NCBI RefSeq assembly: GCF_018350175.1
Contig: NC_058368.1
Location: 121,460,001 to 121,524,000 of the forward strand
Direction: 5' to 3'
Length of the DNA: 64,000 nucleotides
Source of the DNA: Felis catus
Taxonomy: Eukaryota
The notes under the pieces: model-generated
Told to the model about the DNA's origin: nothing
Databases searched by the model: none
Seen by the model: the letters and a program-made list of their open reading frames with translations, nothing else
Program-made: the position numbers and the translations under genes
In this document: positions 37,651 through 49,300 of the stretch, piece by piece
How the letters are laid out: every line of letters begins with the position of its first letter
Numbering within the stretch: position 1 is the first letter of the stretch

Positions 37651-39205
37651 CTTTCAACTCTTTAATAATAGTTTTTTCCATTAGGAATTAATACATGTTC
37701 ATCAAGAAAATTGTTGCAAAATACAGAAAAGGAAAAAGATCTTCCGAGTTGATGTCTTTTAAGTTTATTTTAATCTTTAAATCCCCCCTTTATACCTACC
37801 TGTATGTCTCTCTCATTCTTCTTTTCCTCCCCACTTTTTTCTCCCTAAATTTTATGTTGTTGAAGGAACTCAGTCTTTTGCTCTGTAGAGTTTTTGCCAT
37901 CTGGATTTGCTGATTGCATCCCAGGGGAGTAACATATATAGTCTGTATTTCCTGTAAATAGGTAAAGAGAATGATTTTTAAATATAGTCTTAACAAATGT
38001 GTGGTATTTTAGCCAGCGCCATATGGTTGCCATATTGTGGCTACCATTTTATGTTGCCTGAGTTTTATTAAATTCTTCTCATCTGTTCCATTCACTGACC
38101 TCCTATTTGTTAAGTGAGCTTCTCCATTAGATGGACCTTTGTTTTAGCTCTAAGGCAAATGACTTTATTTCACCTTTCTCTAGTAAAGGCTATATATTTG
38201 TTTTGAGATTAATCTTAAAAACAAAATAAAATCACAAGTTATTTCTGGTCAGTCTTAACTGTTAGGCTTTAAAAAGAAGACAGTATTTCTTGGGGCCCCT
38301 GGTGGCTCAGTCATTTAAATGCCTGACATTGGCTCAGGTCATGATCTCACAGCTCATGGGTTCGAGCCCCACACTGGACACTCTGCTGACAGCTCACGTC
38401 CTAGACCCTCCTTCACATTCTTTGTCTCCCTCTCTCTCTGCCCCTCCCCTGCTCACTCACTCTCTCTCTCTGTCTCTGTCTCAAAAATAAACATTAAAAA
38501 ATAAAAATAAAAAAATAAGACAATATTTCCATTAATTCCAATATCATTTTCCTGTAAATCTCATGAAATGTGTAGTTTATGGCACTTATTTACTTTACCA
38601 TTTTTTCTTGAAACATTTTCTATGAAATAAATCTACAGCCCTCAAATTATGAGTATATTTTATAATTAGGAACACAGGAACCATTTTGCATATGATACTT
38701 AGAAATGCAGAATTGCTGTTTCTGCGGTTTAATTGTGAGGGACTAATTGCTGTTTCCCTCCTGCACTTCCATTCTCTACCTTAAACTAACATTTAAAAAT
38801 TAGTGTATTACTGTTAAAATAATTTCAGCATCTTTTTTACTCCCCCCGTTGCCAAACTTTTTTAGATGTGATTTGCCTCCAGTATTTCTTTCTTTCGTCT
38901 TTTTTTAAAAAGTTTATTTATTTTGAGAGAGAGCATGAGACAGCGAGCAGGGGAGGGGAAGAGGGAGAGAGGGAGAGAATCCCAACAAGTCTCCACGCTG
39001 ATGCATGTCTTGAACCCACAAACCTTGAGACCATGACCTGAGCTGAATCAAGAGTTGGACACTCAACTGACTGAGCCGCCCAGGAGCCTCTTGACTTCAG
39101 TATTTCAGTGTATTTGTGTCCTCTCTTTCGTTAGAAAGATTATCAGGTGGATGTGTTTCGTAATTAGTAGAAGGACTGATCTTTCTAATGAATGCTTTCA
39201 TGTAG

Positions 39206-39297
39206 GTATTTCAGGAGCCGGCAGAGGAAGAACGAGATGGCAGAAAAAAGAAGTATCCTAGTCCCCAGAAGACTCGTTCAGAATCTAGTGAACGAAG
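39206..39297 (+). CDS. RBM27: RBM27 exon 4 (VFQEPAEEERDGRKKKYPSPQKTRSESSER)
   Basis: tgtag acceptor, gtttgt donor; 92 nt; in frame. Confidence 0.9.
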
Positions 39298-39964
39298 GTT
39301 TGTGTTTGTATGTAGTTAGGAAGACACTCATAATTCACTTTTCAGTTACTTTGTAGGGGCATTAACAGGATTTTTAACATATGTACTGATCCCTCTCTCT
39401 CTAAACTGATTAAAGAAAGTGAATGGTACCTTCCTTCCATTCTGTTTTTTGTCTTTGTCATATTTTCTCTTCCTTTTATAAACAGTCATCATTATGTGCT
39501 TTCCCCAAGAGCACAGGGGTGGGAGTAGTCTCCTTAGAGGATATTAATGAAATGTTCCATTTGGTTAGGGGTGCTCACTATTAAAATCATCCATTGTATT
39601 TTATATTACAAATAGTTCAGTTTATATGTTGAATCATCAGCCTGCCATCCAGAAATTAGTCTTTTGTTTAGGAAAACTTTATTGCAGCCTTTTTTTCTTT
39701 CCTACTTGTAAATTTCTTTTTTTCCCCTACCCCTCCCCATACTTTGGATTCACCTCTTTCATTTCTCCCCACCCAGTATACTTGAGGGAATGTTTTTTCT
39801 TATTATATAATGGATCAGAGGAGTTGTGCTGTGGCTTTATGGCTTTCTAAAAAAGCAAGACATTACGAGTTTTGATGAATAAGGGAGGGTATTTCATACT
39901 CCTGATTCGTTTGCTTACTTGGTTTCTCTAGTGTATATATGGCTTTTATATCTGTGCATTATAG

Positions 39965-40158
39965 GACACGTGAGAAAAAAAGGGAAGATGGCAAGTGGAG
40001 AGACTATGACCGGTACTACGAGCGGAATGAATTGTACCGTGAGAAATATGACTGGAGAAGAGGCAGGAGTAAGAGCCGGAGTAAGAGCCGAGGCCTGAGT
40101 CGAAGCCGAAGCCGAAGTAGAGGGCGCAGCAAAGACCGGGATCCAAGTAGGAATGTTG
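39965..40158 (+). CDS. RBM27: RBM27 exon 5 (RS domain, RSKSRSKSRGLSRSRSRSRGRS)
   Basis: ttatag acceptor, gtgagt donor; 194 nt; in frame. Confidence 0.95.
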
Positions 40159-40896
40159 GTGAGTAGATGAGGCTTCCCCCTAAAAACTCTATATTGCTTA
40201 TTTTCCTTTATCATAACTGTACCAGAACTTCCCTTCAAGGCACATTACCTTTAACGTGTCTGAGTGATATAAAATCTAGAAATGTCTCAAAAAATCTAAT
40301 ACTGATTTTGTTACAGAGACAGGGCTGAGTTTGACTAAAAAGAAGCTGTTGATGAGTATATCATGGTACATGTCTAGGCTTAAAGTCATTTTGTATAATT
40401 GAAACTAATGTCATTTCATCAACAAGGCTATCATTGGAGGAAGAGGATTACCTGCTCCTTCCCCCACCCTCTGACTAAAAATAATTGATTTGCTTTAAGA
40501 TTGCCTAGAGTTTCTAAAATTAAAAATAAAAAATGTAGGTAGATAACTAACTGGGATCCCAACCACTCATTACCAGGATGAAGTCAGTTCTTGGAAGTCA
40601 CTTCTTAGGTAGCTTTCTTATTAACTCTCAGTGGTGAAGCTGGTCTTTCTTCATTATGTACTGATGTTGATGTTATAAAAGATGATTTTACATAAGCTCT
40701 TGTCAAGATACATCACGTTGTTGATGCTCCTGCTTTTAGGATATATTAATAATGAGAACACTTTGAAATACGGATAGCTCAGTAAGTTTACTGCAGTGTT
40801 CTCTTTTTCCCTGTTCTGTGAAAAAAGGAATCATAGGTTGAGAAAATAAATGTCTAATCTTGGTTGTTTCTTGTTTTTACTTTGTTTCTAAAGCAG

Positions 40897-41157
40897 AGCA
40901 CAGGGAAAGATCAAAGTTCAAGAGTGAAAGGAACGACTTGGAGAGTTCCTATGTGCCTGTGTCTGCACCACCTCCGAGCTCTTCTGAGCAGTACTCCTCT
41001 GGGGCACAGTCTATTCCCAGCACTGTTACTGTGATTGCACCTGCGCACCACTCTGAAAACACAACGGAGAGTTGGTCTAATTACTATAACAATCATAGCT
41101 CTTCCAATTCTTTTGGTCGAAACCCACCACCAAAGAGGCGATGCAGAGATTATGATG
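40897..41157 (+). CDS. RBM27: RBM27 exon 6 (EHRERSKFK..RRCRDYD; first Cys of the CCCH finger)
   Basis: aagcag acceptor, gtaaaa donor; 261 nt; phase 1-1. Confidence 0.93.
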
Positions 41158-43315
41158 GTAAAAATTGTCCTTTAGATTGTACCTCAAAGTGCTAGTAAAG
41201 CAAATGTGAATATTACAGACCTTTTCATTTTAATCCAGATTTTTGTTAAAAGGGATGGATGAGGAGGAAAATCTCTTTTCGTATATGCTTATTTGCTTTT
41301 TTGATTTAATAGTTTGGTTCTGGTTAAGAGGGTGTTCACATGTCATCCATTCGTTTCTTTGTTGTTGTTGTTACTTCAGACAGTATACCACAAAATTTGG
41401 TAGACACTAGGAATTGTAATTTATTTGTGTAGTGTTTGGTGGTGGCAATTTGTTAAGCATTATAACTTAGTTAAAATTTTAATATGCTGACTTTACATTT
41501 GAATGTATGTATGTATTTAGGTGTGTATGTATTTTAATTTTTTATTATGGAAATATTTAATATTAATGTTGACAGAACAATGTAATTAACCCTAGTGTAT
41601 CCGTGATTTCGCATCAGCAGTTAGTAGCTCCTGGGCAATTTTGTTTTCATCTGTGCTTTTCTACTGCTTCTTCTGGACCTGTATTATTTGAAGCAAATCA
41701 CAGACATTATTAACATGCTTCCTGTAAATATAGAATATATATTTTTACATTTATTTTATTTTATTATTATTGTTTTTAATGTTTATTTATTTTTGAGACA
41801 GAGAGCACAAACAGGGGAGGGTCAGAGAGAGAGCGAGATACAGAATCCGAAGCAGGCTCCAGTCTCTGAGCTGTCAGCACAGAGCCCAGCACAGGGCTCG
41901 AACTCACGAACTGTGAGATCATGACCTGAGCCAAAGTCGGAGGCTCAACCGACTGAGCCACCCAGGCGCCCCAACATTTTATTTATTTTTAAGTGGGAAA
42001 TAGAATCAAATAATAATTCAGGCATTATCTCATTCTCACCCTGGTCTCCCAGCCACAGAGTTCTCTTAAGGCCAATTTAATGTTATTTATTTATTTATTT
42101 ACTTATATATTTGTTTTTTAAGTTTGCTTATTTTGAGAGAGAGAGAGAGAGAAGGCAGGGGAGGACAGAGATAGAAGAAGAGAATCCGAAGCAGTTGGTG
42201 CAGAGCCCGATGAAGGGCTTGAATTCATGAACTGTGAGATCATGACCTGAGCTGAAATCCAGAGTCAGGTGCTTAACCGACCAAGCCACCCAGGCACCCC
42301 AGTGCTATTAATTTCTTATGTATCTTTCCAAACATAGTCTGAATGTGTACATAAATATGTACGTTCTCCCGTTTTCTATTTTACATAAATGCTAGTATAC
42401 TATTCACATTCTTCTGCATGTATTTTTTTTCACAGAGTAGTATTTGCTGGCAGTTGTCCTATATTAGAGCTTCCTTAATGCTTTTTTGAGGTGTTTTAGT
42501 ATTCTATATGTAGAAAAACATGTTTAACTTAATTTGATGTTAATGTGCTTTTGGGGTGTTTCTAACGTTTTGTTATTATGAACAATGCTGCAGTGAATAA
42601 CCTAGTAAATTGAATGGTTTTTTTTCTTCCTTTTTTTTTTTCTTTTTACATTTATTTTAAAGTAATTTCTCCACCCAACATGGGAATTGTATTTACAACC
42701 CTGAGATCAAGAGTCACATGCTCCACCAACTGAGTCAGCCAGGCACCCCTTCCACTTTAATATTTTAAACTAAAGTTTCAAACTGTACATATGGCAAGAA
42801 TGTAGAATTTAGAATAATACCATGAAAATAGATAGTTGAAATTAGATTGTCTAGTTAAGTCCTTTACCTGCTGTACCCTGCCTTTGCTGTTTTGAATCCG
42901 AATTTTTTTTTTTTATTATTTCCTTAAAGTAATCTCTACAACCAGTGTGAGACTCAAACTCATGACCCCAAGATCAAGAGTAGCATGCTCTATGGACTGA
43001 GCCAGCCAGGCACCCTGAGTCTGAATTTTTATTACAAAAGCTTAATGGCGAATAGGTTAATCTGATAGTGGCTAGTAGCCTGTTTTGGACCCTGTTACTT
43101 ACTATCTCAACAAAGCGTAGTCTCAGAAAGTAGAGAGTACATCTGGCCCTACCTCAGTGATATGTGATGATTAACAGAGTAACACTAAGAAGACTTTAAA
43201 TTCCTTGGAGAAAAAATACTTTGTAAATCAGATAGGTAGGCTTTTCAGGATCTTGTTTTATTTGTTTTCTGAACTCTAAATAGATTGTAATAAGATTGTT
43301 CTTCTGTTCTTACAG

Positions 43316-43603
43316 AAAGAGGATTTTGTGTACTTGGTGACCTTTGTCAGTTTGATCATGGAAATGATCCCCTGGTTGTTGATGAAGTCGCTCTGCCAAG
43401 CATGATTCCTTTCCCTCCACCTCCCCCTGGGCTTCCTCCTCCACCACCTCCTGGAATGTTAATGCCTCCGATGCCAGGACCAGGCCCAGGACCAGGCCCC
43501 GGCCCCGGCCCGGGTCCAGGTCCAGGTCCTGGACATAGCATGAGACTTCCTGTTCCCCAGGGACATGGCCAGCCTCCACCATCTGTTGTGCTTCCCATAC
43601 CAA
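43316..43603 (+). CDS. RBM27: RBM27 exon 7 (rest of the C-x8-C-x5-C-x3-H finger, poly-Pro, (PG)10)
   Basis: ttacag acceptor, gtaagt donor; 288 nt; ERGFCVLGDLCQFDH completes the finger. Confidence 0.95.
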
Positions 43604-46193
43604 GTAAGTATATGTTCATTGAATATTTCTTTCTTTAGCAAAGAATTGTATTTAGAAGAACCCATCTCTTAGCTAACTTGACACTAGATTTAAAGTTTTT
43701 GAAAGATAGATTAAGAATAGATACCTTCAAAAAATCTTAGGAGTCAAAATCTTGCTTAGTTGACAACAGCTTGAGAAATCCCAGTGGTTTGAAGATGTCA
43801 GAAAAAAGAACATGCCACTTGGTTAATGAAATTTCCTAGTCTTAAAATCTGTTCTAGAATATTAAAATAATTTTTAAAGTCTTTTATGGAAATTTTCAAA
43901 TATGGTAGAATAATAATATGTGTACCACATGCACGATCTTCCAACTTCAGTGATTATCAGTACTCACCTGTTTTTGTCTTATTTCCTCCACCTTGCTCCC
44001 ACTCCCCCGCCGCTGCCCCACCCTAGTGTGTGCGCTTTTTGGCTCATTTTTGCTGGAGTAAAATTCCAAAAGTCTTATCATTTCACTAGCATGTACTTTA
44101 GTATGAGTCTCTTTACTGATAAGGATTGTTTATTGTTTATTTTACTTTATTTTTTAGTGAACTGTATGTTCTTATCACATCCACCAAAATGGAGTACGAA
44201 ATGTTTTTATTTATGTTGACGTTTATTTGAGAAAGAGAGAGCAAGCACAAGCGGGGAGGGGTAGAGAGAGGGAGACACAGAATACGAAGCAGGCTCTGGG
44301 CTCTGAGCTGTCAGCGCAGAGGCCGATGTGTGGCTCGAACCTGAGAACTGTGAGATCATGAAATGCACTGAAGTGGGATACTTAACTGACTGAGCCACCC
44401 AGGCACCCCAAGCACAAAATTTTTTTAAGTGATCATTTAAAAATTCTTAACAGTTGATAGTTTAGCAAAAAGAGAAGCAAGACTAAAGTCCTTTTTGTTT
44501 TGTTTTGTTTTTTTTTTTTTTTTTTGGTAATTAGAAAAAACTGGTGAATAGTTTACATGTGTGCAAAGATAGAACAAAATATCTATGTGGAGACATTAAC
44601 AATTGTTAAGAGATGGCAAATTGTTAAAAAAATTTTTTTAATGTTTATTCATTTTTTGAGAGACAGAGAGTGAGTGGGGGAGGGGCAGAGAGAGAGGGAG
44701 ACACAATCCAAAGCAAGCTCCAGGCTCTGAATTGACAGCACAGAGCCCAATGCGGGGCTTGAACCCACAAACCGCGAGATCATGACCTGGACTGAAGTCA
44801 GACGCCCGACTGAGCCACCCAGGCGCCCCGCAAATTGTTATTTTAAAAAATGATTGCCATTCAGTTTATTAAGCAGTACTTTTTCAGCTTTCTTTTTTTA
44901 AACTCTTTATTTTTGAAAATATTGTAGACTCACAAGGAAGTGACAAAAATAGTTTAGCATGAACCCATGTACCAATCACCTAGCTTTCCTGCAGTAGTAT
45001 TCTTTATAGAACACATTTCATGGGGCACCTGGGTGGCTCCGTAAGTTGAGTGTCCATCTTCAACTCAGGTCACAATCTCACAGTTTGTGAGTTTGACCTG
45101 ACATTGGGCTCACTGCTGTCAATGCAGAGCCTGCTTTGGATCCTTTGTCTCCCTCTCTCTCTGCTTCTCACCCACTTGCACTCTCTCTCTCAAAAATAAA
45201 CATTAAAAAAAAAAAGGAATTAAAAAAGAACACATTTCATTAATGTTGGTAAAGATTTGGAGACATTTAATACACAGATTTAGTATTGTCAATTATATGG
45301 CATAATTGTGAAGCTCAAGTTGAGATTTTATTCCCCAGATATAAAGACATCTTAATACATAGAAATTCTCACAATAAAAGATGTGATATGTGGGAACATT
45401 TCTGTTTAATAGTGAAATCCAAGAATGTCATTTTTTCCATGTTGCTATGAAAAATTTCAAGCAAACTGAAAAGTTGAAAGAATTATACACTGAATACCTA
45501 TATACTCACCATCTAGGTTCCTGATGAATATTTTACTATATTTCTCTCGTCATGTATCTTTCTATCTTTTCCATTATTATTTTTATATGTTCCTTAGAGC
45601 ATGCATGTTTTATATGTTCCTTAGAGCACACTTGGGGAAGGGGCAGAAAGAAAAGGAGAGAGAATCCCAAGCATGGCTTGATCTCACAAACCATGGGATC
45701 ATTACCTGAGCTGAAATCAAGAGTTGGGACGCCTGAGTGAGCCACCCAGGCGCCCCAGCCCATTATTATTTTTGATGCATTTCCTGTTGTGTTGCAGACA
45801 ATCAGTATATTTAAACATGTTCATGATGTTGTAGAACTTGAGTTCTGTAGAACTTTATCATCATCCCAGAAAGTTTGTTCAAGTTACTTCTCAGCCATTT
45901 TTCACTCCCATTCTCCAGAGGTAACTATTCTGTTTTTTTGTACCCTGGAGTTGTTTTGTCTGTTTTAGAACTGAAATGTCATCTTAATTAATACTGCAAC
46001 TCAGAGTGTTGAAGCATGTGTTTATCGAATTCCTTTATTCTGTTCTAAGCTAAAGTAGGTAGTTTAATAATGACTACCCAAATTAGTACTAGCATAGTAT
46101 TTTTATTAGGTAGGAAACATTAGTATTCTAACTTTTTCTTTCCTTTTCTTTCCCTTTTCTTTTCTCTTCTCTTCTCTTTTCTTTAATTCTTAG

Positions 46194-46328
46194 GACCACC
46201 CATAACACAGTCAAGCTTGATAAACAACCGTGACCAGCCTGGGACAAGTGCAGTGCCCAATCTTGCGCCAGTGGGAGCAAGACTACCTCCTCCTTTACCC
46301 CAGAACCTCCTTTATACAGTATCAGAAC
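46194..46328 (+). CDS. RBM27: RBM27 exon 8 (RPPITQSSLINNRDQ..LLYTVSE)
   Basis: Long pyrimidine tract and tag acceptor, gtaagt donor; 135 nt; missed by the ORF track. Confidence 0.93.
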
Positions 46329-49300
46329 GTAAGTAAATACTGCTTGACTTAAAACTGCTAGGGTGTAGAAAAGCTTAAGTTTCAGTGTTATCCTTTTAAA
46401 AAATACAATTTGTTTCTCTTCTTACAGACTGTGCCATATAAAAATTATATTTGTATTCACAAGGAAGTTTACTATGTGGTTATGCTCTTTAGTTGTGTAT
46501 TAACTTGTGTGTTCATGGAGGAGAAGGGCAAGGCCTTCTGTACTGGAGAAGTTTCCTGTAGAGGAGGTAGCAACGTTTATATCTCTTAAAGGACATTTCT
46601 TTTGAAGCTTTATTCTCTTCTAAAGGAAATTTATTTGAAGCTTCTGTTAAAAAATTGTACCTCTGATTGAATTTCCAAAGCACAAGGCTTATCTTCTAAG
46701 AATATACAAAAGGTCAGATAAAATATGGCTAATAATTATTTAACGTGTATGCTGGAGTGAAGATAGCGAACATCATTTGAACTGTAATATTTAATGGCTA
46801 GGATATTTATAACATTTATGTTTATAATATGTTGTTCTTCAGTCCTAATTCTTTCTTTTTTCTTAGGTGACTTTGTTGTTTATAGTTGATTTATAGTTGA
46901 TTTAAAGTTTTTAAAAAAATTTCCCTAATAGCATAAAAGTGATGTAATTAGTTGTTAAAAATGTCAGGTTGTGAGTTTTTAATTTTTACAGAGCTGTGTC
47001 ACTTTATCGATAAATTCATCTTTTATGCAGTTCTGTTTGTCAGGCATTTTTTCGTCTTTATCATACCATGGTGAGACAATTCAAAGTAATTAATAAGCCC
47101 AGGTTTAAATCCTGGTTCCATTACTTTCTGTCATTGTGACCTTGGACAAGTTACTTAACTTCTTTGTATCTTAATTTTCTCTTCTGTCAAATGGGAATAA
47201 TAATATTACTCACCTCATTAAGAGCGTTTGAGGCATAAAGGAATATATGTATGTAAAGTATCTAAAATAGTACCTGGCATCTAGTAAGCTAGATGTGGTG
47301 GTTAGTTTTTATACTGTAGTTATTATTGTCTGCTTAAATTTTAACTTTTCTGAAATCAAACATAATTATCTTCTCTTTAAGTCTCTACCTCCACTATCCC
47401 TGTCTTTATAAATTGAAATAACAGCCATCTAGTCACCTAGAATTGAAACCTTGACATGATTGACTCATTGCTTTGCTTTTTTATATCTAGTTAGTAAAAA
47501 AAATCCTTTCTCTTTTTCTTTGAAGTATCTGTTTCTCTCTATTCCTCCTGTGGCTTTTGCCCTCATCCACACTTGAATCACCTCACATTTGGATTATTGC
47601 TGTACTTCTTTTGACTCCCATTATGTTTCACTCCCCCTAAGTCACACCACATAGTGCTGCTAGTTTTCCTAAGAAAGCCGTTCACGACATGAGAACTCTT
47701 TAGTGGCCACAGTTTTCTCCTAAACTATAGATGAACCCTTCCCTGTAGCTTCTCTTTTATATAATAGGTAATCTCACTGTGCTCTCACATACATCTTCTG
47801 GTTAGGCCATTAATATCTTGTCTTGTGTCCCTGTCTTGACTCAACTTTCTTTTCCTGTCTTCATTCCTAGTAATGTGCTCTCTCTCTCCTCTTCTTTCAA
47901 ACCCCACATCTTCTAAGTACATGGGGAACATTATTGGTCTGTTGTAAACTCCGACAAGACCAAAAAGCATTTCTTACATAATGACGTATAATTGTCCATA
48001 GGCCTCCTGTTAGATTTCTTTTCATGTATATTAAGTTTATGTTCAGCTGAGCTTTTTCAGAACAGAACATCTTAGCCTCTCATAGTCTTCTAATTAGTGC
48101 ATCTTTGTTTTACTGCTTCTCTTGTTTTTCAATTAGACAAATTTTAAATGTAAAAATAAAGAAGATAGTATAATGTACTGCCATATACATCTGTTACCTG
48201 GCTTCAGCATTTATCAGTCCTGTATCATTTATTTCCCCCAATTGAGTTCTTAACATTATTAGTTAATGCTTTTGGACTTACAAGTACAAAAAACAGATTA
48301 TTTATCTGAGAGTGTATTGCAGATGGCACGTTTTCTTAGGGTTAAATTTAGTGTTGTGACTCACAATAAAAATTCTTTGTTTTTGATTTTTTTTCTAAGT
48401 CTGGCAATTACCATTTAATATTGTTAAATTTAACATAGTGACTGTAAAAATTCCACTTTGATTTTAATTTATAAAAATCTGACTGTTACCATTTATTTTA
48501 GTGACTTAGATGTTTGTTAATTGAGCAAGTATTTGGTGAATGCCTGCTATGTGCCAGGTATTGTGCTACATGCTTGAGAGCAAAGTTGAACAAGGTATCT
48601 AACCTCATTTTACTTGAACACCATTTTTTAAGTTTTTGTGTGGTTTTTTTTTGTTTGTTTTTTTGAGAGTGTGAAGGGGAGAGAAGGACAGAGAGAAGGA
48701 GATAATCTTTAGCAGGCTTCAGGGTCAACACAGAGCCTGATGCAGGGCTTGATCTCATAACCATGAGATCATGATCAGAGCCAAAATCAAGAGTTGGATA
48801 CTTAACCAACTAAGCCACCCAGACACCCCCATTTTTCTATTAAAAATTTTTTTTTAATATTTATTTATTTTTGAGAGACGGAGTGAGCAGGGGAGGGGCA
48901 GAGAGAGAGAGGAGACACAGAATCTGAAGCAGGCTCCAGGTTCCACGTTCCAGGTTCCAGGTTCCGAGCTGTTAGCACAGAGCCCGATGTGGGGCTCAAA
49001 CCCACCAACTGTGAGATCATGACCTGAGCTGAGGTTGGATGCTTAACCAATTGAGCCACCCAGATGCCCCCATTTTTCTGTCTTTAAAAGCAAGAATATT
49101 TTGTTAATATATTAGTAACTGCTTTTCAGAAGCTGGTAACATTTTTAAGAAAATTTGGAGGAGCAGTATAGTTAGCAACTTCTTGTTTGCCCCCATTAAG
49201 AAACTATATGTGAAAAATTTAATATTTCTGTTTAAAAACTACATTTTTATTTATAAAAAAAGACAGTACCAGAATAAAGGACAATCCTTTTATATTTCAT

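Noticed and set aside
43310..43665. Antisense ORFs over exon 7
   Set aside because: Shadow frames of a Pro/Gly-rich coding exon.
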